From assembly GCF_006345805.1 (NCBI RefSeq), contig NC_043008.1, forward strand, positions 68,448,001 to 68,512,000: a DNA stretch of 64,000 nt, in the 5' to 3' direction. Origin of the DNA: Octopus sinensis. Lineage: Eukaryota. Shown in pieces: positions 50,022 through 62,989 of the stretch. Position 1 is the first letter of the stretch, and each line of letters opens with the position of its first letter. The notes under the pieces are model-generated. The model searched no databases. It was given only the letters and a program-made list of their open reading frames with translations, and was not told the DNA's origin. The translations under genes and the position numbers were made by a program.

Positions 50022-50536
50022 TAGATGAAAGGTTCAAGTATGATTGAGGGATAGAGATAGGTGTCTTACTGTAGATGAGATACTTGACTGCCCCAGTAGG
50101 AAAAGAGAGGTAAGGAAGGAGAGTTAGAGAGAAAAATAATGAGACAGTCAGTGAGAGAAAGCGAGAGAGAGTGAGCAGTTAACCAAATATAGTCATGTCC
50201 CTTTATGCTCTTGGATCAAATTCTTCAATGATCAACTTTTCATTCCATCATTCTGAGATTAATAAAATAAATACCAGGAGAGAGGAGTCACTTTATAGCC
50301 TTCTTCCAATGCCAAATTATTAACTTTTCTCATTTAAGCATAATTTGCCAAGGTTTACATGGAAAGGAGATATGGTTCTGAATGATCCCCATGTCTTTCC
50401 CAAGGGTACATTTAATGCAAATCAAATGAAATTACTCCATTCCCAGCTTGGAATGGAAATTTGTATGCCTGTAGACATGATTTGACAAAACTTGTATAAC
50501 TAGTTATGTAGGTGCAGGTGTGGCTGTGTGGTAAGA
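50022..50536. repeat. Copy 1 of a ~500-bp inverted segmental duplication (partner at 61379-61862)
   Basis: The segment 50190-50510, not seen elsewhere in the window, and both flanking repeat junctions match the reverse complement of the partner. Confidence 0.9.
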
Positions 50537-53500
50537 TGGTTAGGCTATCAGTAAAATTTTGTGATATTTGTTCTAGATCTTTATAATTCTTGTGTTTAAA
50601 TCCTGCTGAGATAAGCTCACCTTTCATTCTTCCAGTGTTGATAAAACAGCACCAGTCAAATACTGGTGATAATGGTCTCAACTAACCCCTCCCCTACAAA
50701 ACTGCTGGCCTTCTGTCTAAGTCAAAAATCCAAAGGTGGCATGCTGGCAGAATCGTTAGTGCATCGGACATAATGTTTAGTAACATTTCTCTTACCTCAT
50801 TGTGTTCTGAGTTCAAATCCTGCCACGGTCAACTTTATCTTTCATTCTTTTGGGGTTGATAAAATACAGTACCAGTCAACAACTGGAGGGTCAGTGTAAT
50901 TGACTAGCTCCCCATCCTCCAAATTTCAGGCCTTGTGCCTATAATAGAAATTATTATTATTATAATTATTCTCTTTTTTCTTTTTTTTTTTAACTGAGGG
51001 CAGTGGGTTAGCAGATAGTTAGAGCATTGAAAAATTTCTGTTATTTCTTCCAGCTCTTTATGATCTGAGTTCAGATCTCACCGAAGTCAACTTTACCATC
51101 CATCCTTTCAAGGACTGATAAAACAAAGTACTGCTCAAGTACGAGAGTTGCTTCAATCAATTAACTTCCTCCTTCAAATTTCAGGGCTTGAAATTTCATA
51201 ATCATCATTTAACATCCGCTTTTCATGCTGGCATAGGTTGGATGGTTTGACTGAGGACTGGAAAGCCAAATGGCTGCACCAAGCTCCAATCTGATTTGGC
51301 AATGTTTCATCAGCTGGATGCCATGAGAGTGTAGTGGATGCTTTTGCATGCCACCGGCACAAGGGCCAGTCAGGCGGTACTGGCAACAGCCATGCTCAAA
51401 TAGTGTTTTTTACGTGCCACTTGCACAGGAGCCAGTCCAGCAGCACTGGTAATGAATTCGCTCGAATGTTGTTTCTCACATGCTGCTGGCACAAGTGCCA
51501 GTAAGGCAATGCTGGTAACGATCATGCTTGAATGGTGCTTTTTATGTACAACCGGCACGAGAGCCAGTCAGTGATCACACTCAGATGGTGCTCATGATCA
51601 TTTATTAAGTTTTCAAGGTTCATGCACCTCCTTGTTCTCTAGGATGTGCCTAATGATAATAATAATAATGGTTTCAAATTTTGCCACAAGGGCAATTTTG
51701 GCAGAGGAGATAAGTCAATTTCATCAATCCCAGTGTTTCACTGGTACCTAATTTATCAACCTTGAAAGGATGAAAGGCAAAGTTGATCTCGGTGGAATTT
51801 GAACTCAGAATGTAGTAACAGGCAGAATACTGCTAAGCATTTTGTCCAGTGCGCTAACGATTCTGCCAGCTCGCCTATTATTATTATTATTGAGTGAGAG
51901 AGCAATGCGTGCTATCAAAGTGACACTGGGGTACAAATATATGAAGCCATCTGATAAGGGTACACCTGACACATGCATCGCAACCACATGTGTGTGACAT
52001 GGTGATCTCATATCAAGATAAACTGTGCATGACCTTGCAGGTGGGGCCAATTAAAATTTTCTTCAGGTTGAGTAGCCCATCCCGCTCAAACGGTCCATGA
52101 ATAAGGTTCGTTTAAAAATGATGAATGAAGTACTCATGTTTCCAAAGGTGAACTATTCAAACCCCAAAGAACTCCTCTCAACACATGGCTATGATGCTAC
52201 CCCCACTGCTGCTGCTTGTGAACAGAAATGCACACATTGTCAACTACCAAGGGACATGCTCAACTGGTTAAGGTTAGGCAACTGACAAGCAAATCTGTGG
52301 TATTGAGCAGAATATTTGCTGTAGCCCATCTTTTATACCAAGACAAAACATGTACATGATAACACTTCCAATCAGTTAAGATCAGAAACCACGAGAGCTA
52401 CTGTCTGGTACTGCATCAGGGCATTTATTTATTATTATTGTTATTATTACTAGAGGGACCTGTGGATATTCCACAGAATGAAAAAGATTAAGAGAAGCTA
52501 TTTAAGAAAGAAAGGATGATTTTTATTTTGTTAAGTTATTTCACTTCCAATTACAATAAGATATTATATGATTTTAAAATTTCCCTCTGCTAAGTACTTT
52601 ATATTTCTCTCTTTCTTTCTCTCTACCTCTTCAACAAACTTTTTTTAATCATGCAATTTCTCTTTTTATGTCTTTAACATTTCTTTATTTCTCTTCACCT
52701 TTTCCTCCCCACCCTACAGCATGTTATTAACACTTCTCTCTTCCATTTTTCTCTCACTGTCTTTTTCTCTTGCTCATTACCTTTCCCTTCAACTAACCAC
52801 ATGATGCATTTGACCTTAGTGCATTATTATACTCCTCTCTTCATTCTTCTCTACTCACATTTCTCTGCCCTCTCTCTTTTACTCCACATCTCACTACACC
52901 TCCACCTCTACCTCTCTAACTAACTAAAGTATAACAGGCAAACGAACAAGCAGATTATTATATATATTATCAAAAGGTGAGTCAGAGTGACAGTTGTGGT
53001 CTGAGTGAACAGATCTGCTCTGAGCATGTACTTATAAATTGGTGAAGGATAACTAGGACATGGCCCTTGCTTTAGCGGTCAAGGTAACTGGTTTTGTGGA
53101 GTTTCCGTGAGTTACCCTTGTAGATCTTTCTCTACCTTTGAGGAATTAATTCTTGTTTGAATATTTTTGTTTTGTTTTGTTTTACTTTTTACACTTACAT
53201 AATCCTACATGCATCATCCTGTATTGTCCCCAGTGTTTTAGTCAGCCCTTAGTGGCTAATAAAGTAAATATTATCATCATCATCATCATCATTGTTATTG
53301 TTGTTGTCTTCTTGAGAAGATCTGTCAAGTCAAGTATAATTGTAGTCATGGCTGATGCCAGCATTGCATAACTGGTAGCCATGGCAGTGGCACATAAAAA
53401 GCTCCCTTTGAACGTTGGGCAGTTTTGAGGGATGGGGATTAGTTGATTACATTGACACCATTTTATTGACCCTGGAGATTTGAAAAGCAAAGTTCACCTC

Positions 53501-54023
53501 GGTGGCACATAAAAAGCTCCTTTCAAACATTGGGCAATATGCTGTGCTTGAGATGTCTTGAGGTTTGAAAAGCAAAGTTTGCCATGGTGGCACATGAAAA
53601 GCTCCCTTCGAATGTTAGGCAATATGCTGTGCTTGAGACGACCCATCAAGCCAAGTGAAATCGTCATAGTCATAGCTGATGCCAATGTCGTGTAACTGGC
53701 ACCCATGCTGGTGGCACATAAAAAGCACCCTTCAAACTTTGGGCCTCATGGAGGAGTGACATGTGACCGAGACCTTTGGCAAGCCAAGTGAGATCGTAGT
53801 CCTGCCCAATGCACCTGTGCTGGTGGTATGTAAAAAGTACCCACTACATTCTTGGAGTGGTTGGTGTTAGGAAGGGCAGATTGGAACCTGGCTTTCCAAT
53901 TTTCAGTTAAACTGTCCCACCCATGCCGGCAAGGAAAATGGATGTTAAATGATGATAATGATGATGATGATGTTGTTGTTGTTGTTAATTATATATTGAC
54001 AGTTTTATTTCTCATTGATTCAG

Positions 54024-54279
54024 CCACCTTTGAAGAAGAAACTCATGAAAAAGATGGCCAGGATGGAAGAGGAACGGAAAAAGATGAAAATGATGGTACC
54101 CGAGGACACTATTGAAACAGTAGAGATCAGTGATTCAGAAAATTCTGATGTAGAAATAATTGAAGAGAAGATATCCCCAAGTGTGAACATCAGTAAGGAA
54201 CCTGGTAGATTTGGCAAGAAAAATCTCACTGATATTAATCCCTTCAACTATGAGGATGTTAACCTCAAGATGTTTAGTG
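54024..54279 (+). CDS. EXOSC10: EXOSC10 exon (PPLKKKLMKKMARMEEERKKMKMM...DINPFNYEDVNLKMFS), basic/acidic C-terminal region with candidate NLS
   Basis: gattcAG acceptor, GTGAGT donor at 54280; 256 nt, phase 0/1; NPFNYEDVNLKMFS matches the conserved PF/YDY...K.F motif near the RRP6 C-terminus. Confidence 0.87.
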
Positions 54280-54833
54280 GTGAGTAATAATGATGATATT
54301 CCCCTCTATTGTAGGCACAAACCCTAATGTTTTGTGGGAGGGAGGTAATCGATTACATCAACCCCCCCCCCACTCAGTGCTCAACTGGTACTTTATCGAT
54401 CCCCAAAAAATGAAAGGCAAATGCAACCTTGGTGGGAGAATAATAATAATATTCCTTTCCACTATAGACACAGGCTAGTAGATTTCATCCCCCCCCCACA
54501 ATGCTTGATTGCTACTTTTTTCACCAATCACAGAAGAATGAAAGGCAAAGTTGACCATGGCAGAGTTTGAAAAATGGATGAAATACTGCTAAGCATTTTG
54601 CCTGGTATACTAAAATAATTATAATAATAATAATGATAGTTTATAATTTAAGCAGAATGCCAGCATTTTTGTGGGAAGTGGGGGGTGATTATGTTGACCC
54701 CAGTATTGACTGGTACTATATTTTATAGATTCTCAAAGGGATGAAAGACAAAATTGCCCTTAGAATGTAAAGCATTTTTTCTGATGCTCTAATGATTCCG
54801 CCAATCTACTGCCTTCAATAATAATAATAATAA

Positions 54834-54864
<31 letters not shown>

Positions 54865-54874
54865 AGTAATAGTA

Positions 54875-54908
<34 letters not shown>

Positions 54909-55706
54909 GAACAACAACAACAACAATTTAAAAAAAAGTACAAGTTCCAGGCAGTGGCTCTCATGGTTTCTGATTAGAAGTGTTATCATGTACATTGTTT
55001 TGTCTTGGTATAAAAGATGGGCTACAGCAAATATTCTGCTCAATACCACAGATTTGCTTGTCAGTTGTTTGACCTTAACCAGTTGAGCATGTCCCATTGT
55101 GACTGACGATATACGCATCTCTGATCACGAGCAGAAGTAGTGGGGTGAGCATCATAGCCGTGTGTTGAGAGGAATTCTTGGAGGTTTGGATAATTCACCT
55201 TTGGAAACATGGGTGATTCGTTCAACATCCTGAAATAACCTTTATTCAGGGACCTTTTGAGCAGGATGGGCTACTCAACCAGAAGAAAATTCTAACTGGG
55301 CTCCACCTGCAAGGTCATGTGCTGTTTAACTTGATATGAGATCACCATGTCGCGCATGTATGGTTGTGATGCATGTCCCTGGTGTACCCTTATCAGATGG
55401 GTATACTGGGCTTTGTATATTTTACCCCAGTGTCACTTTGATAGCTTGCACTGCTCTCTCACTCAATAATAATAATAATAGTAATAATAATAAATCCTTT
55501 CTACTAAAGGTACAAGACCTGAAATTAGGGGAAAGGGGCTAGTTGATTACATCAACCCCAGTGTTCAACTGGTGCTAATTTTTTCAGCCCCAAAAGGATG
55601 AAAGGCAAAGTCAACCTTTGCAGAATTTGAACTTAAAAGGTAAAGATGGACAGAATGCTGTTAAGTGCATTCTCTGGCATGCTAATAATTCTGCCAGCTT
55701 ACTGCC

Positions 55707-55737
<31 letters not shown>

Positions 55738-56381
55738 TTTTCTAATTGGGCACAAGGCCAGCAATTTTGAGGGATGGGGATTAGTTGATTGCATTGACAC
55801 CATTTTATTGACCCTGGAGGTTTGAAAAGCAAAGTTCACCTCAGTAGGATTTGAACATAAAGCATAAGGAGTTGGAAGAAACACTGCAATGCATTTTGTC
55901 TGATGTTTCAATGATTCTGCCTCTTTGTTACCAGTAGTAGTAGTAGTTATGATTTCAAATTTTGGTACATGGCCAGCAAGTTTGAAGGAGGGGCTTGCTC
56001 AACTGGTACTTATTTCATTGACCCCGAGAGGTTGAAAGGCAAAGTCGACTTTGGTGGAATTTGAACTTGGAACGTAAAGACAGACCAAATGCTGCTAAGC
56101 ATTTTTCTTGGTGCACTAATGATTTTGCCAGCTCACTGCTCTAATAATGATAATAATAATAATAATAGTAATGGCTTTTGATTTAGGCATAAGGTCAGCA
56201 GTTTTGAGGTGTTGGGTGGCAGGCGGAATAGTAGTTGAAATTCCTTTGACTCCAGTAGTTCATTGCATCACACTCATTATTATCAGACAGTGTAGAAATC
56301 TGTTTAAAATTCTTCATGATCTTACAAGCAGTATTGGCAGCCATCTAAAGTCTAAACTATTTTCTCCCTTGTTTCCAATAG

Positions 56382-56437
56382 CAACTGGTACTTTTGGAGG
56401 AAGATTATCAGAGAAACTGCTCAAACAGAGCAAAAAG
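56382..56437 (+). CDS. EXOSC10: Probable penultimate EXOSC10 exon (ATGTFGGRLSEKLLKQSKK)
   Basis: gtttccaatAG acceptor, GTAAAG donor at 56438; 56 nt, phase 1/0; support is splice signals and phase only. Confidence 0.6.
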
Positions 56438-56589
56438 GTAAAGTACTATGATTGGTAATTTCTCCGTTTGCTTTTTTATTTTGTACTAATACTGAGGCAG
56501 CTCCTGTGTAGCAACACTGACCAGTGAGAGAGCTTCTACGTAGCATTATTGACCAGTAAGGGAACTTCTTTGTAGAAACACTACATATA

Positions 56590-57420
56590 TCATCTTCATC
56601 ATCATCATCATCATTTAACGTCCGCTTTTCATGCTAGCATGGGTTGGACAATTTGATTGAGGACTGGCAAACAAGATGACTGCACCAGGCTCCAATATGA
56701 TTTGGCAGAGTTTCTACAGCTGGATGCCCTTCCTAACGCCAACCACTCCGTGAGTGTAGTGGGTGCTTTTACGTGCCACCAGCACGAGAGCCAGTCAGGC
56801 AGTACTGGCAACGACCACAATCAAATGGTGTTTTTTACGTGCCACCTGCACAGGAGCCACTCCAGCGGCACTGGCAATGACCTCACTCGAATGTTTTTTC
56901 ACGTGTCACTGGCATTTTTACATGTCACTGGCACAGAAGCCAGTTAGCTGCTCTGGCAATGATCACACTCAGATGGTGCTCTTAGCACTCCATTGGCACG
57001 GGTGCCAGTCATTGAATTTGATTCAATTTCGATTACCTCAACAGGTCTTCGGAAGCAGAGTTTAGTGTCCAATGAAGGAAAGGTACGCATAAGTGGGCTG
57101 CTTACACCCCTGGCATAGGCCACGGGTTATGGTCTCACTTGGTTTACTAGGTCTTCTCATGTACTGCATATTTCCAAAAGTCTCGGTCACTAGTCATTGC
57201 CTTGGTGAAGCCTAATGTTCTAAGGTCATGCTTCACCACCTCATCCCAGGTCTTCCTGGGTCTACCTCTTCTACAGGTTCCCTCAACCGCTAGGGTGTGG
57301 CACTTTTTCACACAGCTATCTTTATCCATTCTTGCCACATGACCATACCAACGCAGTCGTCTCTCTTGCACACTACATCTGATGCTTCTTAGGTCCAACT
57401 TTTCTCTCAAAGTACTTACA
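56590..57420 (-). mobile_element. RTE LINE 3' end (ORF C-terminus, 3' UTR and tail) in the last EXOSC10 intron
   Basis: STLREKLDLRSIRCSVQERRLRWYGHVARMDKDSCVKKCHTLAVEGTCRRGRPRKTWDEVVKHD; (CAT)n tail at ~56590-56615. Confidence 0.9.
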
Positions 57421-57685
57421 TTCTGCTGAGTATGCACATATATGTATGTATGTCTGAATTTTTTTGTGCATATGTGTGTGTCTTTCTGTGCTACCACAGA
57501 AAGGTATATGCAAACTGATGATGTTATATTTTTATTTGTGAAATGTGCATATGTGTAATGTATATATGTTTGTGTGTAAAACAATATCATTAAAAAAATA
57601 GAATTAAAAAAAATTTGATAAATCAATTTCTGCTTCTGTTTTGGATGTGGTAAAATATTTATAGATTTATGTATTTTTCTTTCAG

Positions 57686-57730
57686 AATCTGAGAAACAAA
57701 TTTAAGAAATCTAAAGGAAAAATGGTTTGA
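57686..57730 (+). CDS. EXOSC10: Probable terminal coding exon of EXOSC10 (NLRNKFKKSKGKMV*)
   Basis: tttttctttcAG acceptor, phase 0; basic tail; TGA at 57728-57730 followed by AATAAA 57 nt downstream. Confidence 0.6.
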   Translation, partial: NLRNKFKKSKGKMV

Positions 57731-57786
57731 AAATGCAATCGATACTTTCAAAGAAATTTTTACCGATTGTCTGTACACTTTGTTTT

Positions 57787-57792
57787 AATAAA
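57787..57792 (+). terminator. Candidate polyadenylation signal AATAAA of EXOSC10
   Basis: Canonical hexamer shortly after the predicted stop, followed by U-rich sequence. Confidence 0.5.
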
Positions 57793-58029
57793 TGATTAAG
57801 AAAGTTTTAAATGTCTCTTGGTCTGACTTTATTCAACTTAATCCACATTCTAGAAAAAGAAAATATGAGCCCTGTACAATGAAATGTTTAATCTAAATTT
57901 GAGGAACAGTTGTTGGGGCCCTGAATATTTTTTTATTGAGACAATCTTCCATTAATGAGGAGTTGTGATTTTGGTGTAGTAGTAGTAGTTGTTGTTATTG
58001 TTGCTACTGCTACTGTCATTGCTGCTGCT

Positions 58030-58255
58030 GCTGCTGTGTTGTTGTTGTTTTAGGTGGCAATCTGGTAGAATTGTTTGCACGCCTCTGCAAAATGCTTAGT
58101 AGCATTTGGTCTGTCTATACATTTCTGAGTTTGAGGTTAGCTTTATCTTTCGTTATTTCAAAGTCAATAAAATAAGTATCGGTGAAATACTGTGGTTGAT
58201 GATGTTGACTTACCCTTTCTCCTAAAGTTGCTGGCCTTGTGCCAAAATTTGAAAC

Positions 58256-58293
<38 letters not shown>

Positions 58294-60450
58294 TATTATT
58301 ATTAATTGAGTGAGAGAGCAGTGCATGCCATCAAAATGACACTGGGGTAAAATATACAAAGCCCAGTATACCCATCATGACTACCCGTCTGATAAGGGTA
58401 CACTAGGCACATACATCACAACCATATGTGTGCGACATGGTGATCTCATATCAAAATAAACAGCACATGACCTTGCAGGTGAGGCCCAGTTAGAATTTTT
58501 TTCTGGTTGAGTAACCCATCTTGCTCAAAAGGTCCCTGAATAAGAGTTGTTTAAGGATGTTGAACGAAACACCCATGTTTCCAGAGGTGAATTTTTCAAA
58601 CCCCAAAGAATCCTTCTCAACACATGGCTATGATGCTCCCCCTATTATTATTATTAAGGTGGTGAGCTGGTAGAATTGTTAGAATTGTAGCATTTCATCC
58701 ATCTTTATGTATTTGGTTCAACTTTTGTTGAGGTTGACTTTGCCTTTCATTCTTTCGGGGTCGATAAGTACTGCAATTGATATGATCAACTTCTCTCTCC
58801 CTTCAAAAACTGCTGGCCCTGTGCCAAAATTTGAAATCGTTATTATTATTATTATCATTTTATTCAGGTGATGAGGTCATCTTTGCTTTTCACCCTTTCA
58901 GGGTGGATGAAATAATTACATATTGAGCACTGGGGTTGATGTCATTGACTATCCCCTCCCCACTACATTTCAGACTTTGTGCATATGGCAGAAAGGATTT
59001 TTGCTATTATTAAGGTGGTGGAAGGCAGAATTGTTCACATACCAATAAAAAATGCTGGGAACCATTTTGTCTGTTTTGAATTTAAATTCGGCAATGGTTG
59101 ATTTTGCCTTTTGTTCTTTTGGGGTCAATAAAATAAGTACCATACTTCACTGGGGTTGATGAAATCAACTACCCACTCTGACAAAATTTCAGGCCTCATG
59201 TCTACAGTAGAAGGGATTATTATAAAGGTGGTCAGCTCAGTAGAATTATTACCATGCAGGCCAAAATGCTTGGTGGCATTTTGTCTATCTGAGGTTGTCA
59301 TTGCCTTTCATCCTTTCAGGGTTGATAGAATAAGTACCATTTGAGCTCTGGGGTTGATATAATTAACTAGCCCCCACCCCGAAAATTTCAGGCTTGGTGC
59401 CTATAGTAGAAAGGATGATTATTATTTAAGGTGGCAGCCTGGCAGAATTGTTACTGTACCTGACAAAATGCTTCGTGGCATTTCTTTCAGCTTTACATTC
59501 TGGATTTAAATTCCGTTGAGGTCGACTTTGCTTTTTCTCCTTACTGGATCGATGAAATAAGTACCCGTTGGATACTGGGTCAATCTAATCAACTGCCCTC
59601 TCTCCCCATATCTAAGGCCTTGTGTCTATAGTTGAAAAGATTATTATTAATATTACCAAGGCAATGAGCTGTTAGCGTGTTGGACAAAATGCTTAGTGGC
59701 ATTTCACCCACCTTTACATTTCGCCCACCTGAGGTCAATGAAATAAGTACCTGACAAGCACTTGGGTCAACGTAATTAACTATCTCCCTCTCCCAAAATT
59801 GCTAGCCTTGTGCCTATAGTAGAAAGGATTGTTATTATACAATGCTTTAAGGTGGCAAGCTGGCAGAACCATTAGCATGCCAGGCAAAATGCTTTGCAGT
59901 ATTTTGCCCATCGCTATGTTCCGCCAAGTTGATTTTGCTTTTCATCTTTTCAGGGTTGATAAATTTAGTACCAGTCAAGTACTGGGGTTGATGTGATCGA
60001 CTCACACTTCCCCACAAATTACAGGCCTTGTACCTATTGTAGAAAGCTTTAATATTTTTGTTCCTAAATTTCTATTGATATTACCCTGCCTTTGCTTTAA
60101 TTTTGAAAGTATTGAAGAATTTAGTAAAATAACTTTGTCATTATTAATCTGATATTTGGAATGTTAACGAACATGAAATTTTGCTGTAAGGTTTTAATTT
60201 AGATTCCTTTAAAACAGGCAAATTTGTATCAGAGGACCAAGGGTGGTTTGGTACTGAGAGAGTTAAGGGTGGTAGATCAGCTGAATTGTTACAGTTTCAG
60301 GCAAAATGTCTCACAGTTTCCAACTCTTTAAGGTCAAAGTTCAAATACTGCTACGGTCAACTTTGCCTTTCATCTTTTCAAGGGTGATAAAATAACAAAC
60401 CAGTTGAATATTGGGACTAATGGTATCAACTAATTCTTTCCTCACTTCAG
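58030..60450 (+). repeat. Head-to-tail cluster of about nine degenerate Deu/Nin-like SINEs
   Basis: Heads near 58031, 58657, 58866 (truncated), 59011, 59224, 59428, 59657, 59849 and 60267; same strand, mostly ~200-bp spacing with ATT-rich linkers. Confidence 0.8.
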
Positions 60451-61378
60451 TAGTTGTTGGCCTTGTATCCAAATTAGAACCAATTAGTCAATGTGAGGTG
60501 GTGGGAGCTTTGAGAAGTTCTGTTTTAAGAATAAAAATGTTCTTAGACTTTAACCTTTTAGCAATAAACTGGCCGTATCTGACCTAATTATTCTACCTCC
60601 TTTATGTTCAAACGAGCCAGATCCAGCCTGTTACACCTACCCTACAATATCATTCCTAGTAAAGAGTCACATCATGGAAATCTGGCAGCTATAAGATAAT
60701 GCAGGATTAATTGAAAAAGAATGTGAATAAATAAGCATTATATTTGACAGAATGATCTGAATGCTAAAGGGAAAAAAAAGACCAATTTACACCTATTACT
60801 TATGCTGATTAGACAGAGACCTGATAAAAGTCCTAACAAGTAATCACAAGAAAGCTCAACATGCTCAGGAAGACATTACACTTGCAATAATATGAAAGGA
60901 CCATGAAACAATGCAATGGATATGAAAAGAGAGAAAAATAAATGACTTGGTCAAATTCGTAAACTTGTTGAAAATGGTGTAGGGCTGGGAACATTTTTTA
61001 ACTCTCATCTTTTAATTGGTTCAGTCTTTAGACTGTGGCCATGCTGGGGCATGGCCATGAGAAATTTTTAGTTGAATGAATCGGCTCTAATATTTTTTTT
61101 TCTCTAAAGCCTGATACTTATTCTATTGGTCTCTTTTGCTGAACTGCAAAGTTATGGGAATGTAAACACACCAACACCGGTTGTCAAGCAATGGTGGGGG
61201 ACAAACCCAGATGCAAAGACACACACACACACACATACAGAGCAGTCTTTCAGTTTCCGTCTGCCAAGTCCACTTACAAGGCTTTGGTTGGCCCCAATGC
61301 AATAAATTGTAGAAGACACTTGCCCACAGTGCCATGCAGTGAGATTGAATCTGAAACCATGTGATTGGAAATCAAACT

Positions 61379-61862
61379 TCTTACCACACAGCCACAGTTG
61401 TGCCTACGTGACTAGTTATACAAGTTTTGTCAAATCATGTCTACAGGCATACAAATATCCATTCCAAGCTGGGAATGGAGTAATTTCATTTGATTTGCAT
61501 TAGATGTACCCTTGGGAAAGACATGGGCATCATTCAGAACCATATCTCCTTTCCAAGTAAACTTTGGCAAATCATGCTTATATGAGAAGAGTTAATAATT
61601 TGGCATTGGAAGAAGGCTATAAAGTGACTCCTCTCTCCTGGTATTTATTTTATTAATCTCAGAATGATGGAATGAAAAGTTGATCATTGAAGAATTTGAT
61701 CCAAGAACATGACTTGATTGATTAACTGCTCTCTCTGTCTCTTTGTCTCTCTAACTGTCTCTCTCTCTTTCTCTCTAACTCTCCCTCCTTTCCTCTCTTT
61801 TCCTACTGGGGTAGCCAAGTATCTCCTATCTTTATCCCTCTATTATACTCTAACCTTTCACC
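61379..61862. repeat. Copy 2 of the inverted segmental duplication (partner at 50022-50536)
   Basis: Reverse-complement match including the SINE head junction. Confidence 0.9.
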
Positions 61863-62369
61863 TGTTACAAAGTCACTTCCCAGTGTTCCACTCCCTCTCT
61901 CAGCTGAGGGGATATTTGTCTTGCAATTTACTTGGTGACCCTGCTGGTGCTGGTGCCACATAAAAAAAACACCTAGTACACTCTGTAAAGCAGTTGGCAT
62001 TAGGAAGGGCATCTGGCCACAGAAACCAAGTCAAAGCAGACAATGGAGACTGGTGTTGCTCTCTAGTTTGCCAGCTCCTGTCATATCGTCTGACCCATAT
62101 CAGCATGGAAGACAGATGTTAAAAGACAATGATGATGCTTCAATGATTGTGCCAATTCATTGATCTTATAATGAATGATTCTGATTTGAAACATAGACAA
62201 ATAACCACACATTTGAGGGTGAAACACAGAGTAGCATATTTTAGTGAAAAGTCACATAACTACACATCTTTAGGAAGGAGCACATAGCAACACATTTTAA
62301 GAGAAGGGTATTGAACAACACGTTTTGGAGAAGGGCTTATAGTTGTACATTCTAGGTGAGGATCATCAT

Positions 62370-62850
62370 CACCATCATCATTTAGCATCTGTTTATACTG
62401 GCATGGGTTGGATGGTTTGACTGGGCTTGCATGCTGGAAGGCTGCGCCATGATCCAGTCTAATTTGGCATGGATGCCTTTCCTAACACCAACCACTCTGA
62501 GAGTGTAATGGGTGCTTTTATGTGCCACTGGCACAGGTGCCATTTGCATGACACCGGTATCTGTCACAACTGCTATTTTGCATGGCTTGGGTCTTTTTCA
62601 CAAGCATGACGTAAAGTCAAAGGTCTTTGTCATTGCCTCCGTGAGGCCCAACGCTCGAAAGGAGCTCAGCCACTTTGTCTCCATGAGGCCCAATGCTCGA
62701 AAGGAACTCAGCTATCTCACCTCCATGAGGCCCGTTTGAAAGGAACTCAGCCACCTCACCTCAGCGAAGCCCGCTCAAAAAGAACTCAGCCACCTAGTCT
62801 CCATGAGGCACAATGCTCGAAAGGAACTCGCCTCTGACAGGCCCAATGCT
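62370..62850 (-). mobile_element. RTE-derived fragment with ~42-bp minisatellite, same subfamily as 1001-1470
   Basis: Five units of AGGCCCAATGCTCGAAAGGAACTCAGCCAC...; (CAT)n tail at ~62365. Confidence 0.75.
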
Positions 62851-62989
62851 CAAAAGATATAGTTGATTAAATCAGCCCTGACTGGAATTCTACTTTATGT
62901 GCCTAGAAAGTATGAAAGACAAAGCTGACTTGTGGCAGGAGTTGAACTCAGTAATTCTTCCGCATCAGAGACAGAGCAACTGTAATATA

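Noticed and set aside
54789-55118. Poly-Leu membrane-protein-like ORF
   Set aside because: It is the translation of an (AAT)n/(AAC)n microsatellite joined to an interspersed repeat.
58030-60450. CRISPR-like repeat-spacer array
   Set aside because: The units are ~200-bp diverged SINEs without unique spacers, in a eukaryotic intron-containing locus.
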